Shown here piece after piece: positions 1 through 8,690 of a stretch of 40,901 nucleotides of DNA. Source of the stretch: a virus (taxonomy: Duplodnaviria; Heunggongvirae; Uroviricota; Caudoviricetes); the IMG/VR virus record IMGVR_UViG_2563366888_000019, positions 1 to 40,901 of that record, one strand, 5' to 3'. Every line of letters begins with the position of its first letter. Position 1 is the first letter of the stretch. Made by a program: the position numbers and the translations under genes. Below the pieces are notes generated by a model. The model saw only the letters and a program-made list of their open reading frames with translations, was not told the DNA's origin and searched no databases.

Positions 1-516
1 ATGAAATTTAAAAAATGTCTTCTGCCTGTGGCAATGTTAGCGTCATTCACTCTGGCAGGATGCCAGTCAAATGCTGACGATCATGCTGCCGATGTTTATC
101 AAACCGATCAACTGAATACCAAACAAGAAACTAAAACCGTTAATATTATTTCCATTCTTCCCGCAAAAGTTGCCGTAGACAACTCCCAAAATAAACGGAA
201 CGCACAAGCCTTCGGCGCGCTTATTGGCGCAGTCGCTGGCGGTGTTATCGGCCACAACGTCGGGTCTGGCAGCAATTCCGGAACGACGGCAGGTGCAGTT
301 GGCGGCGGAGCTGTAGGCGCGGCAGCGGGTTCTATGGTGAATGATAAAACCTTAGTGGAAGGTGTTTCTTTAACCTATAAGGAAGGCACCAAAGTGTATA
401 CCTCTACCCAGGTGGGTAAAGAGTGCCAGTTTACGACAGGTTTAGCCGTTGTTATTACCACGACGTATAACGAAACGCGTATTCAGCCAAATACCAAATG
501 TCCTGAAAAGAGCTAA
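1..516 (+). CDS. glycine-zipper lipoprotein (171 aa)
   Basis: ATG at position 1; signal peptide ending in lipobox LAGC; Gly/Ala-rich AVAGGVIGHNVGSG zipper segment; lies outside the phage late block. Confidence 0.6.
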   Translation: MKFKKCLLPVAMLASFTLAGCQSNADDHAADVYQTDQLNTKQETKTVNIISILPAKVAVDNSQNKRNAQAFGALIGAVAGGVIGHNVGSGSNSGTTAGAVGGGAVGAAAGSMVNDKTLVEGVSLTYKEGTKVYTSTQVGKECQFTTGLAVVITTTYNETRIQPNTKCPEKS

Positions 517-531
517 TAATCAGGAGGAGTC

Positions 532-1071
532 ATGAAGAAAGTTTTTCTTTGCGCCATCTTAGCCTCCTTAAGCTATCCGGCTATCGCCTCATCATTGCAG
601 GATCAACTCTCTGCTGTCGCAGAAGCGGAACAGCAAGGTAAAAATGAAGAGCAAAGGCAGCATGACGAATGGGTCGCGGAGCGCAACAGGGAAATCCAGC
701 AAGAGAAGCAACGTCGCGCAAATGCCCAGGCCGCCGCTAACAAAAGAGCGGCAACGGCAGCGGCAAATAAGAAAGCTCGTCAGGATAAACTGGACGCCGA
801 AGCCTCTGCGGACAAAAAACGCGATCAAAGTTATGAAGATGAGCTACGCAGCTTAGAGATTCAGAAACAAAAACTGGCGCTGGCGAAAGAAGAAGCCCGC
901 GTTAAGCGAGAAAACGAATTTATCGATCAGGAACTGAAGCACAAAGCTGCGCAAACCGATGTGGTGCAATCTGAAGCTGACGCCAACAGAAATATGACTG
1001 AAGGCGGTCGCGATCTGATGAAAAGCGTGGGCAAAGCAGAAGAGAACAAATCGGACAGCTGGTTTAATTAA
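532..1071 (+). CDS. secreted Ala/Lys/Glu/Gln-rich coiled-coil protein (179 aa), function unknown
   Basis: AGGAGG 6 nt upstream of ATG; N-terminal signal peptide; highly charged helical body. Confidence 0.55.
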   Translation: MKKVFLCAILASLSYPAIASSLQDQLSAVAEAEQQGKNEEQRQHDEWVAERNREIQQEKQRRANAQAAANKRAATAAANKKARQDKLDAEASADKKRDQSYEDELRSLEIQKQKLALAKEEARVKRENEFIDQELKHKAAQTDVVQSEADANRNMTEGGRDLMKSVGKAEENKSDSWFN

Positions 1072-1110
1072 TCGATGTTAGTAACTTCAATCCTATAATT
1101 CTTGAAGATA

Positions 1111-1142
1111 AAAAACCCTCTGTAGTAACAGAGGGTTTTGTT
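1111..1142. terminator. rho-independent terminator, bidirectional type
   Basis: A-run, stem CCCTCTG/CAGAGGG with 6-nt loop, then TTTTGTT. Confidence 0.6.
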
Positions 1143-1288
1143 CATTCATAGTGCAGGGTCAAATCATTCCCACTCAATTATTTACGATAACCATAACCAA
1201 TTGAGTGATAACATTTTTCCAAATCTCAATTTTTATCGTACCGTTTTATATACCGTCACCGGAAATCAGTACCATGAAAAATGCCATG

Positions 1289-1771
1289 CTATCTGGTCAG
1301 GGTGTCGTACTGTTTTTCACAGACTCTTCCGGCTTCGGCTGCCCGGTCAGCATACTCTGCCAGTTGTCTGTTTCTCTCGAGAGATTTACTGAGCACGTCG
1401 GCAAGCAAAACTCCGGTGTCTGCGGCTGACGTCCCAGCGCCGACAATGGCGTTATACTGCCTGAGCTGCTCACGGATGGCAACGAGCTGTTGCTGCAACC
1501 GGCCAGCGCGAGCGGCAGCATCAAGAGCATCATTGCGCGCCTGGTCGATCCTCTGCTGCGCTTCACGTTCATTGATCGCTTTCTCCTGTTCGTAGTGCTG
1601 ACGAATTCTCTCATCTTCGGTTTTGCGGTCTTCTTTCGCCTGCGCATACCCGGCGTCGTACTGACGACTGCCGTGTACACTCCAGGCAACAACTCCTGAT
1701 ATGACCAGAACAGCAAGCACCGCCATGATAATCAACTGTTTCCGGTATGCTTTTACGAATGCCCAGATCAT
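1289..1771 (-). CDS. Rz-like i-spanin (160 aa)
   Basis: N-terminal TM helix then Gln/Arg/Ala-rich coiled coil; ATG overlaps endolysin stop (ATGA); last gene of lysis cassette. Confidence 0.7.
   Translation of the reverse strand: MIWAFVKAYRKQLIIMAVLAVLVISGVVAWSVHGSRQYDAGYAQAKEDRKTEDERIRQHYEQEKAINEREAQQRIDQARNDALDAAARAGRLQQQLVAIREQLRQYNAIVGAGTSAADTGVLLADVLSKSLERNRQLAEYADRAAEAGRVCEKQYDTLTR
1297..1533 (-). CDS. Rz1-like o-spanin lipoprotein embedded in +1 frame of Rz (78 aa)
   Basis: ATG-ATG start, lipobox LALAGC, Ser/Pro-rich mature part, wholly inside Rz and nearly co-terminal with it. Confidence 0.5.
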   Translation of the reverse strand: MMLLMLPLALAGCSNSSLPSVSSSGSITPLSALGRQPQTPEFCLPTCSVNLSRETDNWQSMLTGQPKPEESVKNSTTP

Positions 1772-2397
1772 ACCGCCAGCACCTTACTGGCATTGATGTA
1801 TCGCGCGCGCCGGTCGTCGATGCCGTTCCGGCCACCATTGATAATCAGAGTTACACGTGCAATATCGCCGGTATACTTCATGCATCCTTTGCTGGCAAAG
1901 AACCACGCCGCGCTACGAGCCGCGTATTCGTCCTGCGCCAGCAGTTCAGGACTCTCCAGCAGGTCAACCTTAAGACCGTTTCCACAGTCACGATAGTTAT
2001 TCAAACCGGTAACCTGGATAAGCCCGCGCCCACGGTAGTTCCAGCCATCACCAGGGGCATTGTTCCCCATGCGTTTGCTGTACACCAGATTGGCAATCGC
2101 TCTCTGGCGCTCAAGTGGCAATGGTGGTTCGCCTGCACGTCGCCCCAATGCGTTGGCCTGTCCCTGAGTGAGACGCCCAGCCCGAACAAAGTTAGCCAGT
2201 CCGCTGACGCTGTAGTTGAAATTCTCCTGCAACCGGGTGAAGCCTCCAGACTCATGCCCGACCTGAGCAATAAACATAGCCTGATCTTCTGGTTTGCTGA
2301 TACCAAACTCTTTCATCGCAGAAGTTATATGCGAGAACCAGCGTGCGGCCAGTGCCTCGCTGATACCAGCAGCTCGCTGGAATTGTTTAATCTCCAT
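1768..2397 (-). CDS. endolysin, glycoside hydrolase family 19 type (209 aa)
   Basis: [12 protein letters not shown] and [15 protein letters not shown] match GH19 signatures; GAGGT 6 nt upstream of ATG; no signal peptide. Confidence 0.85.
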   Translation of the reverse strand: MEIKQFQRAAGISEALAARWFSHITSAMKEFGISKPEDQAMFIAQVGHESGGFTRLQENFNYSVSGLANFVRAGRLTQGQANALGRRAGEPPLPLERQRAIANLVYSKRMGNNAPGDGWNYRGRGLIQVTGLNNYRDCGNGLKVDLLESPELLAQDEYAARSAAWFFASKGCMKYTGDIARVTLIINGGRNGIDDRRARYINASKVLAV

Positions 2398-2695
2398 GTT
2401 TAGACCTCGATACTTTAAAAATTTGAACGACGTTACCGCGCGTTTTAATAACCGCAGCCAGCATGACAGCGTTGATAATGACCTCAGATAAATCCACAGC
2501 CATTGGCGTACGTAACCAGATTGCATAGGCGACACGAACAGGAATACTGGCCGCAGCAACAATCAGGAAATAAGCAAGCCATCCTCCCCACCTTCGGTGT
2601 TGAGAGCCGTTACGCCGGAATGTGACAACGCGAATTGCTATGCCAGTGCAAATAACTGCATTGGTGATAAGCAAAAAAAACTCATGCGTTACCAT
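2387..2695 (-). CDS. holin-like small membrane protein (102 aa)
   Basis: 2-3 hydrophobic helices and charged C-terminus; immediately upstream of and overlapping endolysin start. Confidence 0.5.
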   Translation of the reverse strand: MVTHEFFLLITNAVICTGIAIRVVTFRRNGSQHRRWGGWLAYFLIVAAASIPVRVAYAIWLRTPMAVDLSEVIINAVMLAAVIKTRGNVVQIFKVSRSKHGD

Positions 2696-3086
2696 CGTCT
2701 TTTCTCCCCGGAATTAACTCGCGTGGATTATCGGAACGGTGATAGAGCCATATACCAATACGCACAGCGACAATTGCTGACACGAATGCGCCTGCAGAGA
2801 AAACAATCCCTTTTTCAAAAGAGTCCTGCGTGATGGTAGGGATCAGGCTGGCTATGCCGATAAGAATTGATGCTGCTGGTTTGTAAAAGAGAAGGCCGCA
2901 AAGAAAGCTGAGCATCGACAGGAGCACCCGGCGACGGATGGGGTACTCTACTGCAGAGGTAACAAAAATTACCGCTCCAGCCAAAGCACCCAAAGCAACC
3001 TCAGGAGGAACTCCTGCTATCACCGCCGCCAGAGAACTCATGCTAAGCCACTGATTTAAAGTTTCACTGGTTAGTTGAGCTGACAT
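2682..3086 (-). CDS. holin-like membrane protein (134 aa)
   Basis: 3-4 TM helices, charged tail [19 protein letters not shown]; GGTGG before ATG at 3086 (track start at 3095 is GTG). Confidence 0.55.
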   Translation of the reverse strand: MSAQLTSETLNQWLSMSSLAAVIAGVPPEVALGALAGAVIFVTSAVEYPIRRRVLLSMLSFLCGLLFYKPAASILIGIASLIPTITQDSFEKGIVFSAGAFVSAIVAVRIGIWLYHRSDNPRELIPGRKDDGNA

Positions 3087-3288
3087 GTTTTCCACCGTTT
3101 ATATGCATAACAACCTCCTGAACAGTAAAGCATTACGCATAATAAACCATTTATGGTTTTTTGTTACTTTAACATCGTCAATTCCCTGTTTTTCATGCCG
3201 AGAATAAAGCTCACCTTTTACATGACTCTGAAGAAACAAACAGTGAAGAGCAGGTTGAATACCGCACCATTTAATGGCGCGGTAGCAG

Positions 3289-3585
3289 TCAAATAGAGAA
3301 ATAAACACAAAAACAAAAAACAACAGGAACAGCAAAATCCAACAGACTTCCCACATCCCACACGCGTGGATCAAAACCTCCCCACCACGGCATGTTGATA
3401 CGTTTCCCTTTCCCAAACTTTTCTATCCAGCGATATTCTGCCTGGGTGTGTTCACGCGCAATGAAGAACGTACAACCGGCTATCGCACCGTAAGCCCAGT
3501 TTCCGGTAAAAATACCAACCAGTACCTGAGCCGCAAAAGCGCAAAGCGAGTGAAGAAATGGAGTGACATCAATGCTCTTAATCAT
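3289..3585 (-). CDS. small membrane protein translationally coupled to tailspike (98 aa)
   Basis: ATG overlaps tailspike stop (ATGA); hydrophobic helices. Confidence 0.45.
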   Translation of the reverse strand: MIKSIDVTPFLHSLCAFAAQVLVGIFTGNWAYGAIAGCTFFIAREHTQAEYRWIEKFGKGKRINMPWWGGFDPRVWDVGSLLDFAVPVVFCFCVYFSI

Positions 3586-5771
3586 GAAACTTCCCCATTG
3601 GTTGAAAATATGGCTCCTCCAACGCCAAGTGTATTTCGTGTTGTGCTCAACCTCAGAGGGCTGGAGTCAGAATTAGAATATCCTGTAGCAGAAATAAAAG
3701 ATCCTCCACTAATAGTCAACTGCGGAACATCGGCTATATCTGAATAAGTTCTGTCAGCAACAGTATTATTTATAGCCACATATGATCCAAAAAAACTTCT
3801 TATTGTTTGGTTTTTAACTTTACTTCCTTCAATGGTTATCCTACTACCACAGTCGGCAATAAATCCTGAATCTGCATCCAGCGTTGCATTCATAAAAGAA
3901 GCTTCAGATCTCTCTACATCAATCCATCTAATATCTTTTGTGGGATTTGCACCAAATACATGACAAATATTAGAGTTAAACCTTACACCATCTTGGAGGT
4001 GCATTAATTTTTTTATATCTGTACCCCATAGCCTTGGAAAATTAACAGATGCTCCTGCATGGCAATCAAATCCCAGCTCAGCCCCTGAGATATCTACAGC
4101 CTTTCCTGAAATAACAGCACCAGTGTCTGCATTAACGGCTGTTCCACAATTGCGCATATCATTACCAGCAACATCAACGCAACCCGCACCATCAATACGC
4201 ACACCAAGTGCACATCCATAAAAACCTTTTTCAATATTTGGTTCAAGGACTTTACCACTTGTTTCTGCATCACTTTCTTCAACGTCATGTCGTCTTGCAT
4301 CAACATATGCTGTATGAATGCAGGTTAATCCACGATATGAGCAATGTATAGTTTTATGGTCGCGTATATTAACATTTGAACCATCTCTTACATTCCATCC
4401 TATATAACAATAGATTGCACTTGACCCCTGAAAATCTGCTTTAACATTATAAATACAATTAACTGACGCAACCGTACTCTCTGTGCACCGTTCAAACTTG
4501 CTTACAGGCATTGATGCCTTGACATTATTTACCAGTTGCAGGGAAGAGTATCTGCTATAAGAAAAATCACATACGTAATATCCTTCTGGCATATATGCAG
4601 CAACACTTTCCTCATCAGGAGCACATCCGGTATGATATGCACTAATTTTTGCACCAAAACTACCATGAATTCCAACGTAGAACTTTCGAGCACCTGAATA
4701 CGGATAGAAATTAAGTTCAGCTTTTTGAGTTACAATAAATGCACAAACATCGCTATCATCTCTATTTTCTTCGATCTGAATAGCAAATACAGGACTTTTT
4801 GCTGCATCGCAAATGTAAAATAAATACTTGTATTCGTAATACGTTCTAACGATTTTAGTAAACAAACGAGTGTCAGAGAAAACCACTGAGTCTTCTGATG
4901 TTATTTTAATCCAAGACAAATCAACACCTGAACTGAATTCAATTTGATAGTTGATAATATGCCCGGTCTTAATTCTTATTTCGCAGAAAGCATTACCACC
5001 ATCCCACATAGGTCTCATTGACTGGGCTGCAATGATTGCATCTTTGAGTGTAGGGTAATCACCCCATTCGCCAACAGTAATAACAAAAGTATAATATGAG
5101 TTAAAAACAGCGGCATTTTTGCCTTTGGATATCAACTCCTTAATCATAAAAATATTATCTTCGTAATCACAAGGAGAAATTATATCCCTCATTTTGCTTT
5201 GAAATGTTCGTTGTCTTGCCCCGCTTCCTGACGGTATAAACCAACCAAAACCACCAACAACCCCGGCGATTGCAGCATCGACATAATTACGCATTGAGCG
5301 ATTATTTACAGCGTCCTGCTCAAATGATGGATCTGCAAGGTTAGAAATTTTGTTTTGCTTTGCATCGTAATATTTTGCAAGCAAAGATGGTTTCATCAAT
5401 GCACGTCTGAACCACCCAAAACATCGCTGGATCAGCATCGTCAGGTAGTCAAATGCATCTTCATGAACTTCGGGGAAAAATTTTCCCTGATTGCGAAGAT
5501 CAGTCTCCTGCACCACATCAAGCACACGCTCTATCGTAATTCGCCAGCCAGCAGCAAGCGGCGACGGGAGAACCACTTCACCGCCACTATAAGTGCCCGC
5601 TCCAGTTACCTTATAACCGGTATCCAGAACCAATTCTGTTACGTTCCCGTTCAGGTCAGACACCTGAACAACCAGGTCTGATTTTTTGAAAATACGGAAG
5701 GTATACGGAAACGATGTCGTAACGCCGTTACCGGTGTATTCGTTGTGGTCAACTTCGGTTGAGACCGTCAT
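3582..5771 (-). CDS. tailspike / tail fibre with T7-type N-terminal adaptor and beta-helix-like C-terminal domain (729 aa)
   Basis: N-terminal ~120 aa resemble the conserved podovirus tail-fibre adaptor domain; C-terminal part AT-rich, Gly/Asn/Ser/Cys-rich. Confidence 0.8.
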   Translation of the reverse strand: MTVSTEVDHNEYTGNGVTTSFPYTFRIFKKSDLVVQVSDLNGNVTELVLDTGYKVTGAGTYSGGEVVLPSPLAAGWRITIERVLDVVQETDLRNQGKFFPEVHEDAFDYLTMLIQRCFGWFRRALMKPSLLAKYYDAKQNKISNLADPSFEQDAVNNRSMRNYVDAAIAGVVGGFGWFIPSGSGARQRTFQSKMRDIISPCDYEDNIFMIKELISKGKNAAVFNSYYTFVITVGEWGDYPTLKDAIIAAQSMRPMWDGGNAFCEIRIKTGHIINYQIEFSSGVDLSWIKITSEDSVVFSDTRLFTKIVRTYYEYKYLFYICDAAKSPVFAIQIEENRDDSDVCAFIVTQKAELNFYPYSGARKFYVGIHGSFGAKISAYHTGCAPDEESVAAYMPEGYYVCDFSYSRYSSLQLVNNVKASMPVSKFERCTESTVASVNCIYNVKADFQGSSAIYCYIGWNVRDGSNVNIRDHKTIHCSYRGLTCIHTAYVDARRHDVEESDAETSGKVLEPNIEKGFYGCALGVRIDGAGCVDVAGNDMRNCGTAVNADTGAVISGKAVDISGAELGFDCHAGASVNFPRLWGTDIKKLMHLQDGVRFNSNICHVFGANPTKDIRWIDVERSEASFMNATLDADSGFIADCGSRITIEGSKVKNQTIRSFFGSYVAINNTVADRTYSDIADVPQLTISGGSFISATGYSNSDSSPLRLSTTRNTLGVGGAIFSTNGEVS

Positions 5772-5874
5772 GTTAAATCTCCAGATAGTCGCAGCACCCG
5801 TTGCGCCGCATATCTGGCTATTCTATTACCTGAAAAACCACATATGGATAGAAAGACTGTGAATACGAATAGAT

Positions 5875-5891
5875 ATTACCTTTCAGGTAAT
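5875..5891. promoter_or_regulatory. operator-like 17-bp palindrome ATTACCTTTCAGGTAAT (site 1, perfect)
   Basis: perfect 7-3-7 inverted repeat in divergent intergenic region between tailspike and antirepressor-like gene. Confidence 0.6.
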
Positions 5892-5927
5892 TTGCAAAAC
5901 GTGCTGGATAGCAAACAAATTATTTGC

Positions 5928-5947
5928 TACTGTATAAATATACAGTT
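5928..5947. promoter_or_regulatory. LexA (SOS) box TACTGTATAAATATACAGTT
   Basis: CTGT-N8-ACAG, 18/20 match to the E. coli consensus as recalled; ends 20 bp upstream of ATG 5967. Confidence 0.7.
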
Positions 5948-5966
5948 ATTGCATGGAGAAGATAAG

Positions 5967-6224
5967 ATGCAGCAGTATCACTATCCACTGGAAGACGGAT
6001 TTACCGAAAGGATTCACACGCCGGGAGGCGTCAGGTCACTGGTGGAGGGATCGCATTTGATGAAATTACTCCGGGATCTCGATAAGGATGGATTTAATGT
6101 CGATGGCCCACTTGCCGAACTGACTGCACTGATTAACTACGTCACCAGCTCACAGATGTCTATGCAGGATCTGCAAACACATCTCGACTATTGTGCCGAA
6201 CAATTACGAAAACAAACCACATAA
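5967..6224 (+). CDS. small antirepressor-like protein (85 aa), probably SOS-controlled
   Basis: GGAGAAG SD; LexA box in its promoter; ~40% identity by eye to the C-terminal domain of the Bro-N protein at 7693..8388. Confidence 0.55.
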   Translation: MQQYHYPLEDGFTERIHTPGGVRSLVEGSHLMKLLRDLDKDGFNVDGPLAELTALINYVTSSQMSMQDLQTHLDYCAEQLRKQTT

Positions 6225-6230
6225 AGAAAA

Positions 6231-6246
6231 GGCCGCGAAAGCGGCC
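6231..6246. terminator. hairpin GGCCGCGAAAGCGGCC (copy 1 of 2)
   Basis: perfect 6-bp stem with GAAA loop between convergent genes; T-run on minus strand; identical copy at 9289..9304. Confidence 0.55.
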
Positions 6247-6247
6247 A

Positions 6248-6754
6248 TTAACAGTCGTAAAATTCTGGGTCCCACAAACTTGCATCGCGCGGCATGGATT
6301 CTAACTTTTTCAGCCGCAAAATTCTGTCACACTCGACAACTAATTTTTGCTTCTGCTCGTCAATTTCTACTGTCTTATGCGCTGGTTCATCCCAATAATC
6401 CAGAAGGAAGGCATGGCGTTCAGATGTGACCAGATAAATCACATACACGTCACTGGTTGGGATCTTTTTATGCTTGTTAGTGGTCTTGTCTTTCTTCCCA
6501 GACGCCCAGTTTTTCCAGCATTGTTCCGTACCGCTCTCACCAAACTTGTCAGTATAGTTTCCGATGTTTAAGTGAACGTGGCGTATGTGATATTCCAGCA
6601 TCTCTTTCGGTGGATCTCGAAACAGAGTGTCCTTTCCGAAATCCTTATGATGACCGTAGCGCCAGTGATCTATGAACGCGTTTTTGATAGGTATTAGCTC
6701 AGGGTCCTTCCCAAAAATTCCAGGGTGAACCAACCCCTGGAATTTATTCGGCAT
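6248..6754 (-). CDS. YafO-toxin-like protein, candidate toxin/abortive-infection effector (168 aa)
   Basis: IFGKD, YHIRHVHL and DEPAHK segments resemble the YafO mRNA interferase family as recalled from memory; overlaps upstream gene by 11 bp. Confidence 0.45.
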   Translation of the reverse strand: MPNKFQGLVHPGIFGKDPELIPIKNAFIDHWRYGHHKDFGKDTLFRDPPKEMLEYHIRHVHLNIGNYTDKFGESGTEQCWKNWASGKKDKTTNKHKKIPTSDVYVIYLVTSERHAFLLDYWDEPAHKTVEIDEQKQKLVVECDRILRLKKLESMPRDASLWDPEFYDC

Positions 6755-7271
6755 CGTCGTAGAGCTCCTGAGCCATGTCTTCAGCAGTGCGTGCAAACAT
6801 CCTGCGCGAGATTGCATGGGATTTCTCTACGGACATCTTTGGGACCTCATGCATAACAAGTTGATGAGTTTTCTCATCAACTTGAAGTGGCTTGTATAAA
6901 CGTTGCCACCTTTCGTTAATTTTATCCTTAAAGCCAGCGAAACCACTTTCCTGACTCTTGTATCCAAAATGAGATAAAGCCAAATTCCTTTCCATTTCAT
7001 TCCTAATGTACTCAGCAAGGTTGCAGTGGAATACTTCCCCTTGTTTTTTTAGGCATGCTTCATGGTCTGTAACACTGTGACGGCTCTCATATAAGTAAAT
7101 GCGATAGGAATTTTTATTATCCTCTTCTTCATAATTTCTAATCGCATCAGCAGTTGCCATAGCTGCAGCATAAGCGGCTGCTTCAATCACCATCTCTTGC
7201 TCTTTTTCTTTTTCAGGCCTTTTCAAGGCAAAGCGTCTATGCCTCATCGCTGTAACTCTCTTCGTGTTCAT
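6744..7271 (-). CDS. hypothetical protein, upstream partner of YafO-like gene (175 aa)
   Basis: AT-rich ORF, ATG at 7271 preceded by palindrome site 2; no recognisable motif. Confidence 0.5.
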   Translation of the reverse strand: MNTKRVTAMRHRRFALKRPEKEKEQEMVIEAAAYAAAMATADAIRNYEEEDNKNSYRIYLYESRHSVTDHEACLKKQGEVFHCNLAEYIRNEMERNLALSHFGYKSQESGFAGFKDKINERWQRLYKPLQVDEKTHQLVMHEVPKMSVEKSHAISRRMFARTAEDMAQELYDDAE

Positions 7272-7282
7272 GGGCACCCCCA

Positions 7283-7299
7283 ACTACCTTTAGGGTAAA
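7283..7299. promoter_or_regulatory. operator-like palindrome ACTACCTTTAGGGTAAA (site 2, degenerate)
   Basis: 12 bp upstream of ATG of 6744..7271. Confidence 0.45.
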
Positions 7300-7454
7300 C
7301 ATTCTATCGAAAGTATACGCTCACTGGCAAAAAAATAGGCAGGTATTTTCTGAAATGGGATCAATCAAACCACATAGGGTTGAAATGACGTGAGTTATGC
7401 ATTTATCATTACCTTTGCGGTAAATTTACATTGCACTCCTCTTGTGCCATAGTA

Positions 7455-7540
7455 ATCGGGCACTGGCAAAATCCAGTGCCGGGATTGGCGTTCCGGATTA
7501 CTAAAAGGCGCATTCACCGCGCAAGCGGTTTTTTTATGCG
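7455..7540 (+). ncRNA. candidate structured RNA / leader element with terminator
   Basis: 10-bp-stem hairpin CGGGCACTGG-N6-CCAGTGCCGG followed by ACCGC-GCAA-GCGGT plus T7 terminator; no credible ORF. Confidence 0.3.
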
Positions 7541-7692
7541 TATAGCACGGCCACATTCGTATTATGGTGGGCTGTGTGGGGGCACCGAAAGGTGCGCCGG
7601 GTCCTTTTAGCCGGTTACGCCAACCCTGCACAGTTCACCACCAACCGATTGGCGTCGGTAGTGGTGATTAACCAGACTAAAAGGTAACCACT

Positions 7693-8388
7693 ATGACAGC
7701 TACAAAAAGCACGTCCATTTTTTCTTTCGAATCCCAAGCCGATATACGAGTAATCGTCATAAATGGTGAGCCATGGTTTATCGCTTCAGATGTTTGTCGG
7801 GCTATAGGCATAGCAAACCATCGAGATGCTGTTCGAAAACTTGATGATGATGAGAAGGGCGTCGCTTCAACCGACACCCCTGGCGGTGAGCAAGAATCGA
7901 TCATCATCTCCGAGTCAGGCCTCTACACACTGATCCTCCGCTGCCGCGACGCAGTGACACCAGGCACTATCCCCTACCGCTTTCGTAAATGGGTTACAGG
8001 TGAGGTTCTTCCTCAGATCCGCCGCACCGGAAGTTACATTAAAAACTCGCTCCCGCAGGAAGAACGCATAAAGATGGTTGCCGACCAGGTAGCCAACGCC
8101 ACAGCATCAGCAGTGATGCAGGCAATGAAGATAGAGAACAAAACCTACAGCGCCCCACTGAAGCCCGGCTACCGCAGTTTGATTCACTCGCCGTCTGGTG
8201 TTCTCGGCCTGACGGAGAACTCACTGCTGATGAATCTGCTGAACCAGTTACAGGAAGACGGGCACGACGTATCGGGCGCGGCGGCGGAGCTGACCACCAT
8301 GTTCTGCTACATCGTCGGTGTGAGTAAATGCCTGCGTGATATCCAGACCCACGCGGAATACATCAACGACAAAGCAGGGTTCTTCTGA
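7693..8388 (+). CDS. Bro-N domain antirepressor-type protein (231 aa)
   Basis: N-terminal region matches BRO-N pattern; C-terminal domain paralogous to 5967..6224; AAAAGG SD. Confidence 0.7.
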   Translation: MTATKSTSIFSFESQADIRVIVINGEPWFIASDVCRAIGIANHRDAVRKLDDDEKGVASTDTPGGEQESIIISESGLYTLILRCRDAVTPGTIPYRFRKWVTGEVLPQIRRTGSYIKNSLPQEERIKMVADQVANATASAVMQAMKIENKTYSAPLKPGYRSLIHSPSGVLGLTENSLLMNLLNQLQEDGHDVSGAAAELTTMFCYIVGVSKCLRDIQTHAEYINDKAGFF

Positions 8389-8458
8389 CAGCGGCGGCAC
8401 AGGGATGTGCCTTTAAATAATTCGGTACAGATTGCAGACAGGGGGTGAATAGAGTACT

Positions 8459-8475
8459 ATTACCCCAAAGGTAAA
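8459..8475. promoter_or_regulatory. operator-like palindrome ATTACCCCAAAGGTAAA (site 3)
   Basis: 26 bp upstream of ATG 8501. Confidence 0.5.
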
Positions 8476-8500
8476 CCGAGAGTTTACATGAGGGGGAAAC

Positions 8501-8689
8501 ATGGAAATCAACATCATTACATTGCTGAAGGCCATTATTGGCGGAGCGGGCTTAGGCTTTGCCCTACCAGGCGGATTATCTTTCCTGCTTCCTGCTTTTA
8601 CTGTTACAGCTGGGATAGCCTATGCATTTGCTGTGGCTGGTGCTGTTGCACTCCCTGCTATCTATGCCGCAAAGAAGTTAGCCAACTAA
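8501..8689 (+). CDS. small Gly/Ala-rich hydrophobic peptide (62 aa), possible membrane-active peptide or toxin
   Basis: GGGGG SD; N-terminal 15 aa end in GG (double-glycine-leader-like), rest is GxxxG-rich hydrophobic with KKLAN tail. Confidence 0.45.
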   Translation: MEINIITLLKAIIGGAGLGFALPGGLSFLLPAFTVTAGIAYAFAVAGAVALPAIYAAKKLAN

Positions 8690-8690
8690 A

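Noticed and set aside
405-425. TACCCAGGTGGGTAAA as an extra copy of the operator palindrome
   Set aside because: Lies inside the lipoprotein coding sequence, has different spacing and weak symmetry; probably chance
3099-3416. ORF 3099..3416 (minus, 105 aa)
   Set aside because: Overlaps the better-supported 3289..3585 gene by 128 bp, sits in an AT-rich low-complexity stretch and has no convincing start context
7395-7631. ORF 7395..7631 (minus, 78 aa)
   Set aside because: Falls in the hairpin-rich non-coding region upstream of the Bro-N gene; Arg/Pro-rich, no SD
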